Shown piece after piece: positions 8,234-16,005 of a DNA stretch of 20,000 nt. The DNA comes from an uncultured virus (IMG/VR IMGVR_UViG_3300020438_000022) (Duplodnaviria > Heunggongvirae > Uroviricota > Caudoviricetes). Below the pieces are notes generated by a model that was given only the letters and a program-made list of their open reading frames with translations, was not told where the DNA came from and searched no databases. The DNA is taken from IMG/VR virus record IMGVR_UViG_3300020438_000022; one strand, written 5' to 3'. The position numbers were made by a program, and so were the translations under genes. Within the stretch, counting starts at the first letter, position 1. Every line of letters starts with the position of its first letter.

Positions 8234-8725
8234 TTAGGCAATGTTAACTGCTACTTTGACATAATCATCTTCATCTTTTGCACTCAAAAATCTACCAACT
8301 GCATACTTAGCAGCAACAGAGTTATCAGCTTCAGCAGCATCGTCATCGACGATAGTTGCACTGAAAACACCATTTGCTCCTAGATAAGCAACGTCACCAG
8401 CCTTAGGGGTTCCGGTAACTTTGTCGGTAGTAACTTGACCAACTTGTAGCAAAGTAACTTTGCCACCGACTTGCACTTCATCTTTCATAAAATTGATGTG
8501 TTGTCTTGTTAAATCTAGATTAACAACATCGTTTAGTAATACGCCCACTGGTCTTGCTCCACTAGCAGCAGTATTGTAAGCTACGACAGCAGAGCCGTCG
8601 TCCATAGATACTCCAGAGCCACCGATAGAGCCAGTCACAGAAACAACACCGCCTCTTTCTGCGGTAGTGCTCATGAAGAATGAGACATCAGTTTGCGTTT
8701 CGATACGATCAGGTTTTAGAGCCAT
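8234..8725 (-). CDS. Capsid decoration/cement protein
   Basis: 163 aa between scaffold and capsid genes. Gly/Val/Ala-rich beta pattern (RPVGVLLNDV...GQVTT...AGDVAYLGANG...VGRFLS) typical of beta-tulip cement proteins. Strong SD. Confidence 0.7.
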   Translation of the reverse strand: MALKPDRIETQTDVSFFMSTTAERGGVVSVTGSIGGSGVSMDDGSAVVAYNTAASGARPVGVLLNDVVNLDLTRQHINFMKDEVQVGGKVTLLQVGQVTTDKVTGTPKAGDVAYLGANGVFSATIVDDDAAEADNSVAAKYAVGRFLSAKDEDDYVKVAVNIA

Positions 8726-8752
8726 ATTAATTTCTCCCTTTAAAAATTTAAA

Positions 8753-9580
8753 TTACTTGTGAGTTAGTCTACTACGAACGAATTCTACTAAAGCGGCCTG
8801 AGTTGAATCTTCTTCAGACTCATTGTCACTTCCAACACTTAAATTTACTTCTTCTTCAACTTCAACTTCGTCTAAAACAGATTCATCAGCTGCTTCTGCT
8901 TCTTCAGCTTCTGCTTCGTCTGCAGCAGCTTCTGACTCTTTCTTCTTTTTCTTCTCTAGAGCCTCTTTAAGAGCTGGTGGCATTGCTGCTTCAGCATCTT
9001 TATCTTCTTCCATCTTCTTTTTATTCTTAACCATACGATTGGTCATTGTTGATATAATTTTATCAAATGCTTCATCGTCAAGAGCGTCGTAAGCGGCCAA
9101 AGATTCTTCAATTTCTTCTTCTTCAAAACCGCATTCAGCTAGAGAAGCTTTTCTCTTCATCATTTTCTTTTCTAGCATGTCTGCTTCTTCCTTCTTCTTA
9201 TAACCAGCAATGGTTTCGTCAGCTGTTTCTAAAGATCTTTTAATTTCTTCGGATTCTGACTTGGAAGTTTCTAATTCAGCTTTAACAGCTTCTAGATCTG
9301 AAGTAGAAGTTTCAAGCTGTGTTTTGCTAGCTTCGATTTCTGCCTTAGCAGCATCTAATTGTGACTTGAGTTCGTCGATGCTAATTTGTAAATCGCTTAC
9401 AGTTTTTTCTTGCTCTTTCATATTTTCACTCGCTTCTGTTAAAAGTTTTTCATTGGTTTGTTCAAGTTCTGCAACTTTAGCAGTTAGATCCGTAGCTAAA
9501 GTAATAGCCTTTTCTGCTGCTTGAGAGCAGTCAGTTTCGACAACAGCTTCTTCGTTAACACTTGTTTTTTCTGAACTCAT
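8753..9580 (-). CDS. Putative nested, in-frame scaffolding protein (275 aa, MSSEKTSVNEE...)
   Basis: Internal ATG at 9580 at the protease/coiled-coil boundary, preceded by GGAGA at 8-nt spacing and by a copy of the late-promoter motif 37 nt upstream. Confidence 0.65.
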   Translation of the reverse strand: MSSEKTSVNEEAVVETDCSQAAEKAITLATDLTAKVAELEQTNEKLLTEASENMKEQEKTVSDLQISIDELKSQLDAAKAEIEASKTQLETSTSDLEAVKAELETSKSESEEIKRSLETADETIAGYKKKEEADMLEKKMMKRKASLAECGFEEEEIEESLAAYDALDDEAFDKIISTMTNRMVKNKKKMEEDKDAEAAMPPALKEALEKKKKKESEAAADEAEAEEAEAADESVLDEVEVEEEVNLSVGSDNESEEDSTQAALVEFVRSRLTHK

Positions 9581-10396
9581 AGTTTTATTCTCCGAATTAG
9601 ATTCTAACTGTGAAATAAATACACCTGAATTTGAAATTTCGTCATTTTTTTCTTGCTCTGAAAAAATCTCTTTTTGAAAAATTATACTTTCAATGTTAGC
9701 GGGTTTATCTACAAAACCTTTACCACTAAAAGTAATATCCTTTAAAACTCGACCAATTTTATATTCTCCATGTCTGCCATCACCACCATATGCTCTTAAA
9801 AACTTAGTTAAATATGATGTGTCAGCATTTCTAGCTAAAACTTTAAATTCATTATTATCTTCTCTAAATAAGCCATAGTCAAATCCTTTAAAAAAGCATT
9901 CCATACTCACATACTTTGACCCATTTTCAATTTCATCAATTAATTTCTGGGATCTTGCACGTAATTCTGGAGAGCTATATCCTCTATAAATAACAGAACC
10001 AGTTAAAATATGATATTTATCTGGAAGATTATCAATAGGAGTTTCTGTATCAATTAATATACCGTCTACAGTAATTGGCCAATTAGAAGTAATATGTCCA
10101 ATAATAACATTTTCGTCGTGTTCTAAATTCGTAGGCTTATCTTCTGGAGAGCTTCTAGCTTTCCAAATTTCAGCCTTATTAAAAACATCATCATTTTTAT
10201 TCCATGAAGATGTGACCAAAATAGATTGAACATAATATAAATCCTTATCATCCACAGCAGCGATACTTTTAATATGTTTAGTATCTGGCTTCAAAGTAGA
10301 CTGACAAGGTTCTACCAAAGAGGCATAAGATAATGATGCAGAAGATTTTAAAATTTCTTCCAGACCATCACTTTTTTCACTATCAAATATTTGCAT
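8753..10396 (-). CDS. Prohead protease fused to a coiled-coil scaffold domain
   Basis: 547 aa. The N-half has NKNDDVF, NLEHD (His), YVSMEC (Ser) and FSGKGFVDKPAN motifs of HK97/herpes-type maturation proteases. The C-half is an acidic Glu/Lys/Ala coiled coil. SD AAGGAG. Confidence 0.82.
   Translation of the reverse strand: MQIFDSEKSDGLEEILKSSASLSYASLVEPCQSTLKPDTKHIKSIAAVDDKDLYYVQSILVTSSWNKNDDVFNKAEIWKARSSPEDKPTNLEHDENVIIGHITSNWPITVDGILIDTETPIDNLPDKYHILTGSVIYRGYSSPELRARSQKLIDEIENGSKYVSMECFFKGFDYGLFREDNNEFKVLARNADTSYLTKFLRAYGGDGRHGEYKIGRVLKDITFSGKGFVDKPANIESIIFQKEIFSEQEKNDEISNSGVFISQLESNSENKTMSSEKTSVNEEAVVETDCSQAAEKAITLATDLTAKVAELEQTNEKLLTEASENMKEQEKTVSDLQISIDELKSQLDAAKAEIEASKTQLETSTSDLEAVKAELETSKSESEEIKRSLETADETIAGYKKKEEADMLEKKMMKRKASLAECGFEEEEIEESLAAYDALDDEAFDKIISTMTNRMVKNKKKMEEDKDAEAAMPPALKEALEKKKKKESEAAADEAEAEEAEAADESVLDEVEVEEEVNLSVGSDNESEEDSTQAALVEFVRSRLTHK
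9608..9625 (-). promoter_or_regulatory. Putative intragenic late promoter, GGTGTATT-N7-CAG
   Basis: Minus strand GGTGTATT TATTTCA CAG inside the protease CDS, just upstream of the internal SD and ATG at 9580. Confidence 0.55.
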
Positions 10397-10414
10397 AATT
10401 TACTCCTTTTTAGG

Positions 10415-10432
10415 CTAACTTAGCTATACACC
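10415..10432 (-). promoter_or_regulatory. Putative phage late promoter, GGTGTATA-N7-TAG
   Basis: Minus strand GGTGTATA GCTAAGT TAG overlapping the last portal codons; the core lies 28 nt upstream of the protease ATG at 10396. Confidence 0.58.
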
Positions 10433-12588
10433 TCAGAATAAAAAGAAGCCTTAGCTTGTTTTATTTCTTCTACAGATAAGTCTCTGTCAAATGAAGTTTT
10501 TAGGTCTTTTAGCCAGTTATTATATGTATTTACGCTAGCATTAGTAGAATTATCAAAAGCACTATCAATAATTCCTTTGTCTATTTTTGCAAAAGGTCTT
10601 AGAGATAAAAGCGCTTTAGTTTTTACCTTTTCTAAATTTTCATATTCTGAGCTAGATAGACTACGTAGATTTTTCTTTTGGTAGTATTCTAAAATAATTG
10701 GATTAATGATTGTACTAATTTGCTCTTGAGCTGTACTCGCCCATATTATCATTTTAGCTCCCGTCTGGGGTGCAAATTCTTTTTCTTTTCGTTTTTTAGA
10801 ATCTTTTGAAAGCTTTGGCCTTCCTTCACCTGGTCTTCCTCTAGGCAACGATTCCGAAGACGGATCGTTAGCCAACTTCGTTAATGGCTTAGGTACCTTC
10901 ATTTCGAGACCAGTCTTTTCACCGGGTTTTTTTGACTCTAGTTCTAATCCCACTTCTCCCGGAGTAACTATACCGTTTTGTAGCGCTATTTTTTTCAGCG
11001 TATTTTCCGGTTGAGGATCATAATAAGGCCCAGACTTTTCTACCATCCTGTTACTGTTTCTTTCTCTTTGTTCTTGATTAAGTCTAGATTTTTCCATATC
11101 TGGATCAAAACCAAATCTTCTTTGTAGTAACTCATCACTAACTATGTTTCTATCAGCTAGCTGTAGCAATAATGCCTTTTCTGATTCTTCATTACTAAGA
11201 TCCATTCTATCAAATTCTATCTTGGCTGGAAATCTAAATCCCATAGCTCTTTGAACTAAATTAATTTCTTGCTGCCAAAATCTAGTTAAGATATCTCTAC
11301 CGTATTGCAATCTTTGTGTTAGAGTTTTTAAACTAATAAAATTGTTAGTAGTACCAGCAGCACCGTATGTACCCGTTAAAGTAGGAGGAATACCCAAGCC
11401 TGCATAAATACTATTTAAATGAGGAGTGTATTTGCCTTCTCCTAAAAACTGATGGACATTTGTTTTAGATTCTAGCAATTCAATATCAGGACCCCAAACC
11501 AAATCCATTGTACCACCACCAACGTTATTCCCTAGAATTTGTGCTAGCTTAGAAGTAGCTGCTTTTGTAGGAGCAATTTTATGTTCAAGACTACCTAATT
11601 TAAAAATACGAATATTAGAAATAGCACCGTCTAAAGCTGCGATATCTGCTAACTTTAATTTTTCTATTACATTGATATCATCCATAATTGAATATATCAT
11701 AGGAAAAGCCCAAGACTGCCAATCGTCTTTTTTATAATGAAAAACAGAAACTTTATTAGGATCTAAAGGATAACCTTTTTTAGTTTTAGCTGCTTCTAAC
11801 ACAGAATCAGGTAAACTAGCAACCAATTGTTTCTCTGCATCTGTTTTTGGTGAACTAATAATTTTTTTAAGATGACTAGGTACTTTTAATTCATATTTTT
11901 TATTATGTACAAATGAGGCTAAAGCACCTCCAGTAACATCAACAAACACAGGATCTAAGAAAGTATACTTCCAAGGAATTTCTTTTTTCTCTACAGAGTT
12001 TTGATTAATATCAATAATTTTTAAATCAGCACCACCTCTGGTTTTGTATAACTGGTCTACTGACTTAATTCCTAGCTTACCTGTTTGTCTGTTAACGATA
12101 ACATTGCCTGTTTTGTATAAATTATTAAGAAATCTTTCGCTACGATCTTTGCCTGACACTTCATCGAACCATCGTTGGAAAAACCTCTCTATTCTTTTGT
12201 TCTTATGTACAACCCGAACTCCTTGAACCGCAAAGTCACTCATTAAATCAATAACATTTTTGACCAAACCCACTCTTTGGTAAACATCTTCTGCTCTACG
12301 CATGATCATCTTCATGCTACGTCGAGGTACTGCTTCATCTGGCCTGAAGTAATCGTAATCTGATCTGGTTAAGCCTGGTCTGCCAGAAGTATTAGTATCT
12401 AATCCAGAAAAATCATGTCTTCGTCCCGCAGAAGCTTTTTGGATACCAGTATATTCCTCTAAGGACTCGGAAGACTTTTTAAGAGCTTCTTGTTTACTAG
12501 ATAAATCCTCTCCCCATGTAACATATGCTTCGTGATTAACAGTTTCAGCATTTTTTATTTCATCAGAATTATTATATTTTTTTGTCAT
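10420..12588 (-). CDS. Portal protein
   Basis: 722 aa between terminase and protease. Portal-like segments: YQRVGLVKNVIDLMSDFA, FLNNLYKTGNV, YTFLDP, IYAGLGIPPTL. Long charged C-terminal extension. Confidence 0.85.
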   Translation of the reverse strand: MTKKYNNSDEIKNAETVNHEAYVTWGEDLSSKQEALKKSSESLEEYTGIQKASAGRRHDFSGLDTNTSGRPGLTRSDYDYFRPDEAVPRRSMKMIMRRAEDVYQRVGLVKNVIDLMSDFAVQGVRVVHKNKRIERFFQRWFDEVSGKDRSERFLNNLYKTGNVIVNRQTGKLGIKSVDQLYKTRGGADLKIIDINQNSVEKKEIPWKYTFLDPVFVDVTGGALASFVHNKKYELKVPSHLKKIISSPKTDAEKQLVASLPDSVLEAAKTKKGYPLDPNKVSVFHYKKDDWQSWAFPMIYSIMDDINVIEKLKLADIAALDGAISNIRIFKLGSLEHKIAPTKAATSKLAQILGNNVGGGTMDLVWGPDIELLESKTNVHQFLGEGKYTPHLNSIYAGLGIPPTLTGTYGAAGTTNNFISLKTLTQRLQYGRDILTRFWQQEINLVQRAMGFRFPAKIEFDRMDLSNEESEKALLLQLADRNIVSDELLQRRFGFDPDMEKSRLNQEQRERNSNRMVEKSGPYYDPQPENTLKKIALQNGIVTPGEVGLELESKKPGEKTGLEMKVPKPLTKLANDPSSESLPRGRPGEGRPKLSKDSKKRKEKEFAPQTGAKMIIWASTAQEQISTIINPIILEYYQKKNLRSLSSSEYENLEKVKTKALLSLRPFAKIDKGIIDSAFDNSTNASVNTYNNWLKDLKTSFDRDLSVEEIKQAKASFYSEVYS

Positions 12589-12619
12589 GATATCCTTCTA
12601 TTGGGATTGCAATTAGATT

Positions 12620-12637
12620 ACAATTGTACTATACACT
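12620..12637 (-). promoter_or_regulatory. Putative phage late promoter variant, AGTGTATA
   Basis: Minus strand AGTGTATA GTACAAT TGT overlapping the terminase stop; the core lies about 40 nt upstream of the portal ATG. One mismatch to the consensus and no YAG. Confidence 0.45.
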
Positions 12638-14663
12638 ATTTTCTGTAAATTCCTTTATATATATCATCATTTACAGCTGAAGTAAACCATTCAGGACCTT
12701 TGTACAACTCTCCCTGATTTTTTACTATATCCCTTAGATTACCTCCAACAACATCGTATCCTACTGGCTTTAACGAACGCCTCATCTGTCTAGCTATCAT
12801 ATTTGCCATGACTAAAGAGCTATATCTATCTTTTCTTAATCTGCCTTTTTTTCCATGATTTAACTTGATTTCAGGAGTGTCCCATCTATCTCTCGCATTA
12901 GGACCTGTGCTGGTTTGTGTCATAACAATAGTAGTCAGTTCATTTTTTAGTTCTTCTATTTCTAATATACATTCGCTAAGGCTGTCATATATAGGGTCTA
13001 AATCTGATTCTAAAATATCTTGACCTTCTTTGTCCATAGCTAGACCTAGTGTTAAGTTGTCAAATCTAGGAAATAGCAAAGCTTTATCCTCTAAGTCTTT
13101 TCTTAAACCGTGGTTAGCTTGTGCTGTCCAATCCGCTCTAGCAAATTGCACTAATTCTAAAATATGTAGTCCTGGTTGACTGTCCGTGTCCTTTACTTTA
13201 TTGTCTTCTACCACAGGCCAAATCAAAACTTCTCCTTCTTCTAGCTTAGAAGGATCATGTAAAGCTTCCTCAATAGCAACACCACCACCCTGAGCATCAA
13301 GACCTATCCTAATAGGAGGGAATAGTTTCATTAGATTTCTAATTTTTCTAGCACAGAATTTATAAAAGTCATGCTCATCACTTAATCCAGCTTTTTGCCT
13401 AACTTTAAAGTTAGATCTGTTTGTAGTCCAAGAATAAACGATACGAGAATGGTCTGGATGAACTTCTAATATAACAATACTAAAATTATCTTTTTCTGAC
13501 GCTGGATCAATACCATACACATACCCAAGATTAGCGTCACCCTCTACTCTAGCTTCAAATATAACATTTTTACCATTGATATTAATATTATTAGATTCTG
13601 AAGCTACGCAGCTTTCTAGTAGGCTACGCTTGAAAAAACCTTCACTATCATTAATAAAACAAGCAGCATATTCCATATTGTATATACCAGAATGTATGGT
13701 TGCTTTAGCTCTAGCTACCTGCTTGTCATCCATAAAGCCTTTAGGGATTAATTCATAAGGTATTCTAATAACACTATAGTCTTTCCAGTTAAAATTTTCA
13801 GGAACTTCTCCATTAAAGATATCTTGTAACTTTATAGTATCTCCACCACTTTCTACAATAGACTTGTATCTTTTCCAATACTGTGCAAAATGTTTAAAAC
13901 CATAATCTGCTGTACCAGAAATTATAGCTTGATTACTATTCTTTTTAGATAATGCTTCTAATTCTTCATTCCAAATACCAGCATCTATCATAGCTTGCTT
14001 TTTTGCTTGTTCTTTTACGTTTTCAATAGGACTAGCAGACACAGCAGCAAAACCAGCAACAACAGTCTCATATATATCTGGAGACATAGACGCAAATTCA
14101 TCAGCAATAATGATATGAGCACGTAAGCCTCTAATCTTACTACCATCACCCATAGGAATAGCAATAGTCCAACTATCTCCTAATCTTAAAGTACATCTAT
14201 CTACATCTCTTCTAGGACCATCGTCATTACCATTAAATATACTTCTTAGTATAGGGCTAGTGCGCCACATATTTTCCATATACTCAAAAAGAATTTTACT
14301 CTGTCTGAAACCAGCACCAACAACAACAATTTTAGTACCAGGAACAAAAGTGCATTTTAGTATGCAATATAGACTCATTAAAAAAGATTTACCAAAACCA
14401 CGAGAAGCTACAAACATAGGAAATGGACGAATCCAAAACTCTTGTAATATAGCTATTTGTATAGGATGTAGTTCTATGCCAAATAATAGCTTGCAAGTTG
14501 ATCCTATGTATTCAGTATCTCTAAAAATTTTAATAAGATGTTTATCTGGATTCTCTATGTCATCTTGGTTTCTATTAATCATTAGGTTTTGGTCGATAGA
14601 TATACTATCAAGATCACCTAATCCCAGCCATGCATTGTCAAATCCAGTAATTTTATCACTCAT
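12636..14663 (-). CDS. terL: Terminase large subunit
   Basis: Adenine-binding LHPIQ, Walker A ASRGFGKS, Walker B IRGLRAHIIIADE, coupling motif ISGT, and nuclease acidic motifs YGIDPA, GLDAQGGG and KDRYSS. Start moved to ATG 14663 (MSDKITG), 1 nt after the upstream stop; 675 aa. Confidence 0.93.
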   Translation of the reverse strand: MSDKITGFDNAWLGLGDLDSISIDQNLMINRNQDDIENPDKHLIKIFRDTEYIGSTCKLLFGIELHPIQIAILQEFWIRPFPMFVASRGFGKSFLMSLYCILKCTFVPGTKIVVVGAGFRQSKILFEYMENMWRTSPILRSIFNGNDDGPRRDVDRCTLRLGDSWTIAIPMGDGSKIRGLRAHIIIADEFASMSPDIYETVVAGFAAVSASPIENVKEQAKKQAMIDAGIWNEELEALSKKNSNQAIISGTADYGFKHFAQYWKRYKSIVESGGDTIKLQDIFNGEVPENFNWKDYSVIRIPYELIPKGFMDDKQVARAKATIHSGIYNMEYAACFINDSEGFFKRSLLESCVASESNNININGKNVIFEARVEGDANLGYVYGIDPASEKDNFSIVILEVHPDHSRIVYSWTTNRSNFKVRQKAGLSDEHDFYKFCARKIRNLMKLFPPIRIGLDAQGGGVAIEEALHDPSKLEEGEVLIWPVVEDNKVKDTDSQPGLHILELVQFARADWTAQANHGLRKDLEDKALLFPRFDNLTLGLAMDKEGQDILESDLDPIYDSLSECILEIEELKNELTTIVMTQTSTGPNARDRWDTPEIKLNHGKKGRLRKDRYSSLVMANMIARQMRRSLKPVGYDVVGGNLRDIVKNQGELYKGPEWFTSAVNDDIYKGIYRK

Positions 14664-14664
14664 A

Positions 14665-15258
14665 TTAAGCTGTTGCTGTTTTTTGTGCTTTAAGTTTACG
14701 AGACTTGCTAATAGCTCGATTAACAATCATTTTAGCTACAGTTTCAACAAAAGGTAAGTTGCGTTTCTTGCTTTCGTCTTTAAGCCAACCTAAAATCGTT
14801 GACATATTCTCTTCACACCAATCACTGCCTTTTTCATTCATCTCAATAGCGTGTCTACGACAAGAGCAACTAGAAGAGCTAACAATACCTATGCTCTTAA
14901 TCATATTTGTTAAAATAGCTCCAGGTCCATCAGGATCTTGTTCTACTGTTTTTGGAAACAGTCCTTGCAATGTTGCTTGAGGATCATCTCCTAATTTTTC
15001 TAATAATTTAATCTGTAGCTGGCTAGGGGTAAATACAGAATCATCTGTAAATTGATTACCAGAAACAACAATCATATTTCCTTCAATTCTTTCAGCAGGA
15101 CTTTTCGCTTCAAAAAATACTGAAACATAATTATGCTGTAAATTAATTTGAAAAACCGGATTTAATTCATCTACAGTAAAGGGTGCGTGTTCAAGCCTAT
15201 TACCTTTAGCATCTGTTTCTGGAGGCTTCTGTAAAGTAATTGGTTGCGAAAGTTTCAT
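14665..15258 (-). CDS. Hypothetical protein with a C-terminal GPG...CSC...WC motif
   Basis: 197 aa with SD AAGGAG, tightly packed between the ERCC4 gene and terL. Function unknown. Confidence 0.8.
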   Translation of the reverse strand: MKLSQPITLQKPPETDAKGNRLEHAPFTVDELNPVFQINLQHNYVSVFFEAKSPAERIEGNMIVVSGNQFTDDSVFTPSQLQIKLLEKLGDDPQATLQGLFPKTVEQDPDGPGAILTNMIKSIGIVSSSSCSCRRHAIEMNEKGSDWCEENMSTILGWLKDESKKRNLPFVETVAKMIVNRAISKSRKLKAQKTATA

Positions 15259-15260
15259 AT

Positions 15261-15749
15261 TTACTTCTCCTTTTTAAGTTTTTGATTAATTTCCATATAA
15301 AAAATCTTCTTCATGATATACTCAGCAGTTCTAGCAGCATTTTCAGAAGAATCGCAAAATAATACTTGTATATTATATTTTAACTGCCAATCTAAAATGT
15401 GTTTCATTATAAAAGCTGGTTTAATTCTAATTTTATTCCACATACGCTTAGGTAAACTAGAACCTATAGGATAATCTAATACATTACCTATATTAAATTC
15501 TAATAAGAAGTATGCATACTTATATTTACTCATTCTATCAATAACATCTACAAACCTTGATTCTACAATGTTATTAGCTACTTCATTAATACTCTTCTTA
15601 CGTTCTATAGCTAAAATATCTTCAAATCCTTCTATACTATAGTCTCCAGTATCTAGTTTTTTACTAGCCGTAGCGTACTTGGTAAAAGACCAAGGTTGCT
15701 GTTCTCTAGTATCTACAATAACAGTAAAATCATCTTTTATGTCTGGCAT
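15261..15749 (-). CDS. ERCC4/XPF-family structure-specific nuclease
   Basis: VIVDTREQQPW, LDTGDYSI and AIERKKS match the ERCC4 signature VDxRE...GDY...ERK. Confidence 0.88.
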   Translation of the reverse strand: MPDIKDDFTVIVDTREQQPWSFTKYATASKKLDTGDYSIEGFEDILAIERKKSINEVANNIVESRFVDVIDRMSKYKYAYFLLEFNIGNVLDYPIGSSLPKRMWNKIRIKPAFIMKHILDWQLKYNIQVLFCDSSENAARTAEYIMKKIFYMEINQKLKKEK

Positions 15750-16005
15750 TGGCGTGTGCTATCTTTAAAAAAATTGATTCGTAATTGTCTTCCATTCCTT
15801 TAATCATGTCGTGATGATGTCTACATAACGTAACACCATTACTAACTTCAAATCTTAAACCAGGATAATCAGCCCACCGTTTAATATGATGAGCATTAAG
15901 CTTTTTACCCATATTACATCCTGGCCACTGACACTTATATCCATCTCTCTTGTATACTGCTTTTCTCCATTTTTTGTATTCTGGATCTTTAAAATTTCTA
16001 AACAT
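15730..16005 (-). CDS. Small HNH endonuclease
   Basis: WRKAVYKRDGYKCQWPGC...AHHI...SNGVTLCRHHH is a zinc-binding HNH signature; 91 aa. Confidence 0.9.
   Translation of the reverse strand: MFRNFKDPEYKKWRKAVYKRDGYKCQWPGCNMGKKLNAHHIKRWADYPGLRFEVSNGVTLCRHHHDMIKGMEDNYESIFLKIAHANARHKR

Noticed and set aside
11425..11432. AGTGTATT on the plus strand inside the portal gene (and GTGTATG on the minus strand near 13514-13520 inside terL)
   Set aside because: These are antisense or mismatched, lack the YAG at the fixed offset and have no linked start codon. They are treated as chance matches and show that the short core occurs at background level.
12636..14663. Intein or intron in the terminase
   Set aside because: The ORF is continuous with ordered ATPase and nuclease motifs. 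I saw no intein splice motifs or LAGLIDADG blocks.
14664..14726. Longer terL start given in the ORF track
   Set aside because: It overlaps the upstream gene by 62 nt. ATG 14663, directly after the upstream stop, is more plausible.
1273..14980. Plus-strand ORFs in the track (e.g. 3585..3851, 3897..4289, 4323..4604, 8823..9092, 9210..9524, 14260..14757, 14705..14980)
   Set aside because: All are antisense shadows of well-supported minus-strand genes. Their Ser/Leu/Ala-rich or repetitive content mirrors the sense codons, and they have no recognisable motifs.
15730..16005. HNH gene as a mobile homing endonuclease
   Set aside because: At 91 aa it has no extra DNA-binding domain, interrupts no gene and is coupled to its neighbours. 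A packaging-associated role fits better, though it is unproven.
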